From assembly GCA_002269645.1 (NCBI GenBank), contig NIVC01002787.1, forward strand, positions 1-31,172: a stretch of DNA of 31,172 nt, written 5' to 3'. This DNA is from Macrostomum lignano (lineage: Eukaryota). A program made the translations under genes and the position numbers. The notes under the pieces are model-generated. The model had not been told where the DNA came from and did not search any database. It saw only the letters and a program-made list of their open reading frames with translations. Positions 22,081 through 31,172 of this stretch are shown here, piece by piece. Every line of letters starts with the position of its first letter. Position 1 is the first letter of the stretch.

Positions 22081-22597
22081 TCATGGACGATGGCTGAATT
22101 GTTGGGGGATGTTAGGTTGTTAGGCGATTGTCAGATAGTCAGGTAGTACAGCTGAAGTACCTCATGTAATTCAGATAATGAAATTGTACACACAAGTGAT
22201 GCTGATTTCTGCTAATAGGAAATACCAGCGCATTTATTAAAGGTTTCATTCTTTGATTCAGGCTAATTAAGAGAGAGGGTCTAAGGCCGTCAATGATTTG
22301 CATATTTGCAGCGGATCAGAATATGCCCCGGCCAGCGACGATATGCACTAAGAGTTTGTGCTTGAAAGGATAAGCACTATTTGTTGATTGAAAAAGGGTT
22401 TTGTGCTGATGAAGGAAACTTTTTTGGCTGATGAAAGTTCTGATTCATGGCAATTTATTTTTGCCAAAATGAGAAAAGGTAATTTTTGATTAATGGAAAT
22501 CAACATTTTGGATAATTATAGTAAGGTTACTCTTGCGTCAAAATAAAAACCAATTGGTGTCATTTTAGGGCTCCCCAAAGGGGGGCTAAATGGCTAG

Positions 22598-24932
22598 TCA
22601 CAATATACTAAATCTCTAAGGTTTGTCTGTCTGTCTGACCGGTATTCCAGTCTACAGCCTGAAAGCCTGAACCGATTTTTTTCAAGCTTGCTTCATTCAA
22701 TTGCAAATTCTTGTGAGATTGTGTGGGTGTAATTGCATTGAAAAATTCGAATGAGAAGTTGGTTAAATATTCGAAAAACGAGTTTTTTTAATGCTTTCAA
22801 TGGGAGGCTAGAAAAGGTCAAAATCTCACTGACTGAATTTCAATTCCAATTAAGATTGCGCCACAACTTTTCTCTGTTCACTGTGTACGCCTCAATACTG
22901 GCTGCAATAAGGGAGAGGAAAATAATGCTCAGTGGCTGCGTGTGTACATTCTGACCCTGGCTGACTGGCGGACTGCATAGACAGTTGCTATTTATAGATT
23001 TCACTCAACTGTGCATTGGCTCTGCCTGCACATAACTGCTTAATGAACTGAGCAGCCTATCACTGCTATGTATTTGACTGCAGTGCCGAAGAATATATGG
23101 CTGATTTTTGCGCCCTCCGATCAGTAGGCGGAATAGCCGCAGTGTAGGCACTAGGACTAGGTTTAGGCTAGGCATAAGGTCCAAGGTTCGAGTCCGCCTC
23201 CCCAGCGGATAATTAAAATTAAATAAATTCATTCATTAGTAGCTTCTGCCTCGACTATTTTGAACATTTTTGATTAATTGTAAAAATTCTTTATTAATTA
23301 CAATAATTTATTTTTGCTACTCGCACAAGCCACTAAGCAAATTTGATTTGATTTGTAAAATCCTAAGATCCCATTAATTGTTATTATCTAGGTCTATAGA
23401 AGTAGATTTTTAGTATATAGGACTAAACTGCAGGGGATTAAATTACTAAACTGCAGACGATGCTGCTAAACTGCTGAGGTATTGCTAAATGCTGAGTGGT
23501 GCAAAAGATTGCCGATATGTATCGAAAATCGATTAGTGAGCCATAAAATGCTGAGCTTATTTCAACATTGTTGAAAGCATCATTGCAGTAGATGATGCTG
23601 CTAAACTGCTGAGGTATTGCTAAATGCTGAGTTGCGCAAGACTGCCAATATGTATCGAAAATTCGTGTCGTAAATGCTGAGAAAATTTTTAAATCATTGA
23701 AAAGATCATTGCAGTTTGCTGAGAATACTAAGGGGCCAGCTGAGAGAACTGCAGACTGCTGCAAAGGGATAAATGAGAATTATTAAGGAAACACTTGCTG
23801 ACTGCAAATGAATTGACTGCAGACTACTGAGGGGAACTGCAGATTGTTGAAGGGATCATTGCAGACTGCAAAGGGGACAAACTGCAAACTGCTGACGTTA
23901 GTTAGTTTCTCGAGACTTATGAGCGTATAAGCTGCAAACTGCTGAGGGGATAGCTGCAGACTGCTAGGATAATAATGGCAGACTTCTGAGGAGGATATCT
24001 AACTGTGAATAATTGTAGCTTGCAGAAGGGACAATTCTGGGTCCCTGAGGGATAAATGAATAATAATAATAAAAGTAGTAGAGTGCAAATGAGTTGTATG
24101 ACTGCATGTCTGTTTTGCGGAATTAGAAGGGATAATTTCAGGTTGTTGTGGGGATAACTGCCAATTTCTGGGGAGGGTTTAACTTTAAACTTGTGAGGCG
24201 ATAATAGTAGTCGCCTTTTAGCAGTTTGGGAGTGGTGCTAATCTGGGGAGCGGTGCTAATCTAAGGGAGTGGGGCTAATATAAAGGAGTGGGGGGGGCTA
24301 ATCTGGAGGAAGTAGCGGTGCGAATTTTTGCGGAGTGGTGCTAATCTGGAGGAAGTAGCGGTGCGAATTTTTGCGGAGTGATGCTAATCTGGGAAGGTGA
24401 AACTATCTGGGAAGCGGCGGTAATCTGTGGAGCGGTGCTAATCTAGGCTGAGTGCTAATCTGGGCTGAGTGCTAATCTGGGCTGAGTGCTAATCTGGGCT
24501 GAGTGCTAATCTGGACTGAGTGCTAATCTGGGCTGAGTGCTAATCTGGGCTGAGTGCTAATCTGGGGGAAGTGGGGCTAATCTGGGGGTGTGCGGCTAAT
24601 ATGGGGGGAGTAGTGCTAATCTGGGGGAAGTGGGGCTAATCTGGGGGTGTAGGGCTAATGTGGGAGAATAGTGGTAATCTGATGAGGATTTGAAAATAAC
24701 GAATAATCATAAAAGAACTAAAAATGAATTGACATTGCAAAGTTTCAAACATAAAGAAATGTAAATTTTTAGAACTTTTTAGTCTCAGTAAAATTGGTGT
24801 ACAACTACTTAGAGATTTGCTACTGCAGAACTGCGCGGAGATTAGTGAGATATGCTCAGCGACTGTGACAAACTGCTTATAGACAAGCGCTAAACTGCTA
24901 AGAAGCCACCCGGAGGGGGGCTAAATGGCTAG
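22598..24932 (+). mobile_element. Non-autonomous Helitron-like unit H2 (2335 bp)
   Basis: 5' TCACAATATACTAAATCTCTAAG with (TCTG)n; 3' GCCACCCGGAGGGGGGC-TAAATGG-CTAG. Shares internal blocks with H1 and H3. Confidence 0.8.
24436..24560. repeat. 17-bp tandem repeat (GCTAATCTGGGCTGAGT), 7 copies, in H2
   Basis: Direct count. Confidence 0.9.
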
Positions 24933-25719
24933 TCAATATACTAAATCTCTAAGGTTTGACCGGTATTCCAGTCCACAGCCTGAATGCCTGAACCGTTTTT
25001 TTTCAAACTTGCTTTATTTAATTGCAAATTCTTGTGAGATTGTGTGGGTGTAATTGCATTGAAAAATTCGAATGAGAAGTTGGTTAAATATTCGAAAAAC
25101 GAGTTTTTTTAATGCTTTCAATGGGAGGCTAGTAAAGGTCAAAATCTCACTAACTGAATTTTAATTCCAATTAAGATTGCGCCACAACTTTTCTCTGTTC
25201 ACTGTGTACGCCTCAATACTGGCTGCAATAAGGGAGAGGAAAATAATGCTCAGTGGCTGCGTGTGTACATTCTGACCCTGGCTGACTGGCGGACTGCATA
25301 GCCTATTGCTATTTATAGATTTCACTCAACTGTGCATTGGCTCTGCCTGCATACAACCTGTGCACACTGAGCAGCCTATCACTGCTATGTATTTGACTGC
25401 AGTGCCGAAGCATATATGGCTGATTTTTGCGCCCTCCGATCAGTAGGCGGAATAGCCGCAGTGTAGGCACTAGGACTAGGTTTTGAGGCGATAATAGTAG
25501 TCACCTTTTAGCAGTTTGGGAGTGGTGCTAATCTGGGGAGCGGTGCTAATCTAAGGGAGTGGGGCTAATATAAAGGAGTGGGGGGCTAATCTGGGGGATT
25601 GGGGCTAATCTGGAGGAAGTAGCGGTGCCAACTTTTGCGGAGTCGTGCAAATCTGGAGAAGTAGTGCTAATCTGGGAAGGTGAAACTATCTGGGAAGCGG
25701 CGGTAATCTGTGGAGCGGT

Positions 25720-26035
25720 GCTAATCTAGGCTGAGTGCTAATCTGGGCTGAGTGCTAATCTGGGCTGAGTGCTAATTTAGGCTGAGTGCTAATCTAGGCT
25801 GAGTGCTAATCTGGGCTGAGTGCTAATCTAGGCAGAGTGCTAATCTAGGCTGAGTGCTAATCTGGGCTGAGTGCTAATCTAGGCAGAGTGCTAATCTAGG
25901 CTGAGTGCTAATCTTGGCTGAGTGCTAATCTGGGCTGAGTGCTAATCTAGGCTGAGTGCTAATCTAGGCTGAGTGCTAATCTGGGCTGAGTGCTAATCTG
26001 GGCTGAGTGCTAATCTAGGCTGAGTGCTAATCTGG
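25720..26035. repeat. 17-bp tandem repeat (GCTAATCT(A/G)GGCTGAGT), about 18 copies, in H3
   Basis: Direct count. Confidence 0.9.
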
Positions 26036-26259
26036 GCGCAGTGCTAATCTGGACGTAGTGCTAATCTGGGGGAAGTGGGGCTAATCTGGCGGTGTGCGGC
26101 TAATATGGAGGGAGTAGTGCTAATCTTGGACGTAGTGCTAATCTGGGGGAAGTGGGGCTAATCTGGGGGTGTAGGGCTAATGTGGGAGAATAGTGCTAAT
26201 CTGGTGAGGATTTGAAAATAACAAATAATCATAAAAAAACTATAAATGAATTGACATTG

Positions 26260-26480
26260 TGTTGTATATTAACAGAGAAGACACAGAGTATGCCCCAAGC
26301 CCAATGTTTTGTTGTCTAAGGCACAACCTATTATTTTATAATAAAGTACGAGCTAGTTACAACATGAATCCCAAGAGGAGTTCGTAACTACCGGAGCAAT
26401 ACGATAGCTCGAACCCCTAAGCGAACCGTTGTCTTCTTACTTAAATGTAGCAGCTCCACGTCGGAGCAGAAGACATAACA
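26260..26480 (+). repeat. 5' LTR (221 bp)
   Basis: TGTTGTATATT...GACATAACA; identical to the 3' LTR except for one C in a run. Confidence 0.97.
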
Positions 26481-29400
26481 ATGGCGACGAGTACAAAAAT
26501 CGGCGAGTTTGACGTGGCTAAACCGGATAAATGGGAAGCCTACGAAGAGCGGCTAGAACAATTTCTCGTCGTGAATAAAGTGACCGAGGAGGCACAAAAG
26601 CGAGCGAGCTTGATCACAGTGATAGGCAATGACTGTTATCAATTGCTACGCAACCTGCTATCGCCTAAGAAGCCTAAGGATGTGGCGTACGACGAACAAG
26701 TGAAGACGCTGAGGGAACACTTCAACCCAAAGCCGAAGATTGTCGTCGAGCGGTACAACTTCCACAGCAGAGTCCAACACGAAGGAGAAACAGTGAGTGA
26801 CTTTGTTGCAAGTCTGCGGAGGTTGGCAGCCACGTGTGGTTTTGACAAGTTCCTGGAGGAGGCACTGAGAGACAGGTTCGTCGTTGGCCTCAGGAACAGG
26901 CTCATCCAGCAGCGATTGCTACAAGAAGAGACACTGACCCTGTCGGGTGCATTAACGCTAGCGACTGCGATAGAAGCAGCAGAGCGAGGAGTCGTGACTA
27001 TCACCTCCGCCACAGGAGTCGGTCATAGTGTCAATTTCTCGAAGGAAACTAACAAGCAATCAACTGCAGCGCAACATGGGAAAAGGAGCCGCGCCCAAGA
27101 TGGATGTTTCCGCTGTAACGCGAAGGATCATTGGGCAAGGAGCTGTCCATATAGGAATAAAACGTGCAGCAAATGCGGCCGAGTAGGACATCTTAGAGAT
27201 GCATGCCGTACAAAGGACAAGGCAAAAGAGTCTGGAAGTGGCAGGTCGAAGCGATTCAACTCTTCAAAACGTGGGAAGTCCGGTAAGGTGCATTACGCGC
27301 GGAATTTCGACAGTGAGTCAGAAAGTGAGGGTTCGGACTGCAGTGGTCGAGACAAGCATTCCGAGATCAGGACTGTGTTTGCTACAGGAATGGCTGGCTT
27401 TAGTGGATCAGCACCGTATATGTGCGAGTTAAATATAAATGGGCATTTTGTAAATTTCCAACTGGATACTGGCGCAGACAAGACCCTTATTAACGAAAAT
27501 ACTGGCAAGAAAATTGGCTTAAGGTGGTCTAAATCTAATGTTAGACTGTCAAGTTACACAGATCATCTCATACCAGTTCTGGGCGAAGCTACTGTTATCG
27601 TAACTAACTATCAGGAAAGACAGTATCAACTAACTGCGCTTGTTGTGAAGGGAGACAGAGTGAATCTTCTAGGTCGGGACTGGCTCTCTTCGTTGAAAAT
27701 TGACTGGAGCAAATTTGCCCATGTGAAAACAACAACGTTGGTTCCACCTATCGAGCAGTTAATGAAGAAGTATGATCAAGTGTTTGCTGAAAGCCTTGGC
27801 ACTATCAAAGGGTTAAAGGCCAGAATACTGTTGAAAGAAAACTTCATTCCAAAGTTTTGTAAGAGTCGACCGGTGCCATTTGCGATCAAAAGCCTCATTG
27901 AAGAGGAGCTGGCGAATTTGCAAGCTCAAGGCATAATAAAAAAAGTGAGCGCATCAGACTTTGCATCTCTGATTGTCCCAGTTTTGAAGCGCGATGGAAA
28001 ATCCGTAAGGATTTGCGCTGATTTTAAGAGAACCGTTAATCCCCAATTGGAAGTTGACAAGTACCCTCTGCCGAAACCGGAAGAAATTTTCGCAACTCTT
28101 AATGGTGGAAGAGTCTTCTCGAAATTGGATATTTCGCAAGCGTTTTTACAACTGGAACTGGAGGATTCGTGCAAAAAGTTTGCTACAATTAACACACATC
28201 TGGGTTTGTTCCAATACGAGCGACTAACAATGGGTCTGGCATCAGCCCCTGCACAATTTCAAGAAGCGATGGAGAAAATTTTACAAGGCTTGGAAGTGGT
28301 TGTCTATATAGACGACATTCTTGTATCCGGCAGTTGTTTGGAAGACCACGACAAAAGACTGGAAGCTGTATTAGAACGTCTTTTAGCTCACGGTGTGCAT
28401 TTGAATCGGAAAAAGTGTGAATTCCGCCTAAATAGAATTGAATTCTTGGGCTACGTTATCGATGAATCGGGAATCCATCCCTCGAAAGAGAAAGTTCAGG
28501 CAATTCATGAAGCTCCAACACCAACTAACGTGTCAGAGGTTCGTTCCTTGATAGGAATGATCAGCTATTATGGAAAGTTTATTCCAAACCTATCATCAAT
28601 ACTGGTACCTCTCAACAGACTATTGCACAAAGACGCAGAGTTTCATTGAAGTGAGGCGTGTTCGGCAGCATTCGAGAAAGTGAAGGCAACTCTAACTTCT
28701 GAGCGTGTTCTGGCTCATTTTGATCCTAAGAAGCAGCTTCTATTGCAAACGGACGCCTCCAAATATGGAATCGGGTGTGTCATCTCACATTTGATGCCCA
28801 ATGGCGAGGAAAGGCCTGTAGCATTTGCTTCGAGAACTCTAACAAAACCTGAGATCAACTACTCTCAACTAGAGAAAGAAGCGCTGGCCATCATATTCGG
28901 AGTTAAAAGATTTCACCAATATCTTTTTGGACATCATTTTATACTAGTGACTGACCATAAACCCTACTGACCATTTTTGGAGATAAGAAGGACATTCCTA
29001 GCATAGCAGCAAGCAGACTTCAGCGCTGGGCCGTGTTGCTTTCTGCCCATCAGTATACCATCAAATTCAGAAGAACAGAGGATCATTCTAATGCTGACGC
29101 ACTTTCACGTCTCCCAGTGCCTGGTAATATCAGCAAGGTTGATCGTGTCTTGGAGGTCAGGCTAGAAATGCTACCAGTCAACGCAGAAACAATACGAACC
29201 GAGACACAGAAAGATTCACAGCTTCAGAGAGTTGTTCGATACTGTCAAAATGGTTGGCCAGACACCTGTGAGAAAGAGCTGGAACAGTACTTCAGGAAGC
29301 GGAACGAGTTTTGCATTGAGCAAGGTGTGCTATTTTGGGGAGTAAGAGTAATTATTCCAAGAAGCTTACAACAGGTTGTGTTAGAACTGCTTCATGATGG

Positions 29401-30498
29401 ACATCCAGGAATTGTTGCAATGAAATCCATAGCTAGACTGCATGTATGGTTCCCAGGAATCGACAAGGCTATAGAAGCCCTAGTCCATAGTTGTGAAGGC
29501 TGTCAGCTGCAAAGGAATTTGCCTGCACAAGCACCAGTTCAGCCTCTTGTCTGGCCGGAAAGGCCTTGGACTCGAATTCAACTGGACTACATGGGACCAT
29601 TCCATGGATACTACTGGCTTGTTATAGTCGATGCAACAAGTAAATGGGTTGAGATCTTTCCCATGAAGCACGCAACTACCAACAGGACGATAGAATGCTA
29701 CGAGAAACTTTCGCACGATTTGGCATCCCACAGCAAGTGTTGAGTGACAATGGAAGCCAGTTCTGCTCAGCTGAGTTCCGTACTTTCCTAGAGCGGAATA
29801 ACATCCGACAGATTTTGACAGCTGTTGGACATCCGCGTACCAACGGACTTAGTGAAAGAATGGTGCAAACAGCAAAGTCTGCTATTAAAGCAGGAATTAA
29901 GACTCACGGTGATCCAATCTTGAGCATGCAGAACTTTCTGTTTCGCTATCGCAGTACACCTCATTCAACAACCGGTAGAACACCAGCAGAGATGATGCTA
30001 TGCTACAGTCGCAGGACACGGTTGGATTTTCTTAAGCCGGATGCTTACTCAAGAGTGTTAAACAAGCAGACGGATGTCACTGAACGACAAATAGAGAGAG
30101 GATCAACTATTCGAGAATTTCAAGAAGGAGACTCAGTTCTGACGTTGGACTTCAGAAGGGAGCGAGAAAACAGGTGGATTTCTGCCAAGGTGATCGCCCG
30201 CACAGGACCGCTGTCCTATAGACTGTTGGTCAACGGACAAGTCTGGAAGCGACACGTCGACCAAATTGTCAGTGCAGAATTACCTGGACAGAACAAGCCG
30301 GAGGCTCATCACCTACCGCCTATTCTGAAGGATCCTAGGAGAGTTCAGAGCGACAAAACTACCACCGAGAAAGAGCGGCGAGAGAGTGAATCAACTCAAC
30401 CGGTCCAAGACGTGCCAAGCCGAGGAGAATCTCAGACAGCGGACACAGACCAGGATGACGCTGACCTGGAGCAGAAGGCGTGGGCACAAGGATACTGA
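26481..30498 (+). pseudogene. gag-pol: gag-pol polyprotein with one in-frame TGA (28647-28649) and two -1 frameshifts (about 28962 and 29698)
   Basis: CCHC knuckles CFRCNAKDHWARSC and CSKCGRVGHLRDAC; protease LDTGA; RT YIDD; RNase H TDAS..EKEALAI; integrase HHCC plus D(IQLDY), D(SDNG), E(GLSER); C-terminal SH3-like WISAKV..SY. Confidence 0.95.
26482..26491 (+). promoter_or_regulatory. Primer-binding site TGGCGACGAG
   Basis: Lies 1 nt after the LTR. Complementary to a tRNA 3' end ...CUCGUCGCCA, as in eukaryotic tRNA-Ser(GCU) (assignment from memory). Confidence 0.75.
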
Positions 30499-30581
30499 GG
30501 ATCGAAGCAAATTGAGAAAACCGGATCGGTTGCATTACAGTGAATAATTCCGGATAACTGACAATGCAACTTTTTATTGAC

Positions 30582-30592
30582 AAAAGGGGGAA
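30582..30592 (+). promoter_or_regulatory. Polypurine tract AAAAGGGGGAA
   Basis: Immediately 5' of the 3' LTR. Confidence 0.9.
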
Positions 30593-30812
30593 TGTTGTAT
30601 ATTAACAGAGAAGACACAGAGTATGCCCCAAGCCCAATGTTTTGTTGTCTAAGGCACAACCTATTATTTTATAATAAAGTACGAGCTAGTTACAACATGA
30701 ATCCCAAGAGGAGTTCGTAACTACCGGAGCAATACGATAGCTCGAACCCTAAGCGAACCGTTGTCTTCTTACTTAAATGTAGCAGCTCCACGTCGGAGCA
30801 GAAGACATAACA
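30593..30812 (+). repeat. 3' LTR (220 bp)
   Basis: Matches the 5' LTR. Confidence 0.97.
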
Positions 30813-31000
30813 CATTGCAAAGTTTCAAACATTAAGAAATGTAACTTTTTAGTTCAGTAAAATTGGTGTACAACAGCTTAGAGATTTGCTACTGCAGAAC
30901 TGCTCGGAGATTAGTGAGATTTGCTCAGCGACTGTGCAAAACTGCTTATAGACAAGCGCTAAACTGCTAAGAAGCCACCCGGGGGGGGCTAAATGGCTAG

Positions 31001-31172
31001 TCCTATATACTAAAAATGAGTTGTCTGTGGGTATGTGGGTATGCGATAGATTTCAGAAAAATTCGCTCAACCGATTTTTTCCAACTTGCACCATTCGATC
31101 AGAAATTTTCCTGGGACGGTACATGCTGGCTAAGAAATTGCTCAATATTAAAGGGATTAAATATTCGAAAAA
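31001..31172 (+). mobile_element. 5' end of Helitron-like unit H4 (related but distinct family), runs off the window
   Basis: TCCTATATACTAAAAATGAG directly after CTAG. Shares AAAGGGATTAAATATTCGAAAAA with H1. Confidence 0.65.

Larger units (their letters stand above)
17766..22597 (+). mobile_element. Non-autonomous Helitron-like unit H1 (composite, satellite-laden)
   Basis: 5' A|TCTAAATATACTAAATCTCTAAG, with a short duplicate of this end at 17739-17758. 3' hairpin GCTCCCC-AAA-GGGGGGC, then TAAATGG, then CTAG. No Rep/helicase ORF. Confidence 0.72.
26260..30812 (+). mobile_element. Ty3/Gypsy LTR retrotransposon, Mag-like, full length (4553 bp)
   Basis: TG..CA LTRs, 5-bp TSD CATTG (26255-26259 and 30813-30817), PBS, PPT, and gag-PR-RT-RH-IN order. 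Two CCHC knuckles and single-frame gag-pol fit the Mag group. Confidence 0.96.
24933..31000 (+). mobile_element. Non-autonomous Helitron-like unit H3 (about 1.5 kb without the Gypsy insertion); internal-deletion relative of H2
   Basis: 5' TCAATATACTAAATCTCTAAG; near-identical to H2 except for a deletion of about 1 kb joined at about 25483; same 3' hairpin and CTAG at 30997-31000. Confidence 0.8.

Noticed and set aside
24676-24700. Hammerhead-like CTGATGAG..GAAA
   Set aside because: No proper stem II, and the paralogous H3 copy reads CTGGTGAG, which breaks the core.

Overview
Eukaryotic, probably invertebrate, repeat-rich DNA with three mobile-element systems and one host-like gene. (1) Bases 1-7325 are a rearranged Maverick/Polinton-like element. 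A protein-primed family-B DNA polymerase (pPolB) gene runs on + and breaks off at about 2367, before its catalytic motifs. From 2368 an inverted copy of the element's left arm follows and ends at an AGTAGT terminus (ACTACT at 7320-7325). The two arms together let me reconstruct a four-exon, spliced pPolB gene that shares a short divergent promoter with a tandem PC4-like (putative ssDNA-binding) gene. (2) Bases 17766-31172 are four head-to-tail non-autonomous Helitron-like units with exact CTAG|TC junctions. They carry 17-, 22- and 30-bp satellites and a tRNA-like Pol III box cassette. (3) A young Ty3/Gypsy (Mag-like) LTR retrotransposon at 26260-30812 sits inside the third unit. The middle of the window holds an intronless FkbM-family methyltransferase gene, a 27-bp minisatellite and low-complexity DNA. 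All calls come from reading the sequence by eye; no searches were run. Several frameshifts are single-base losses in short runs and may be assembly errors.
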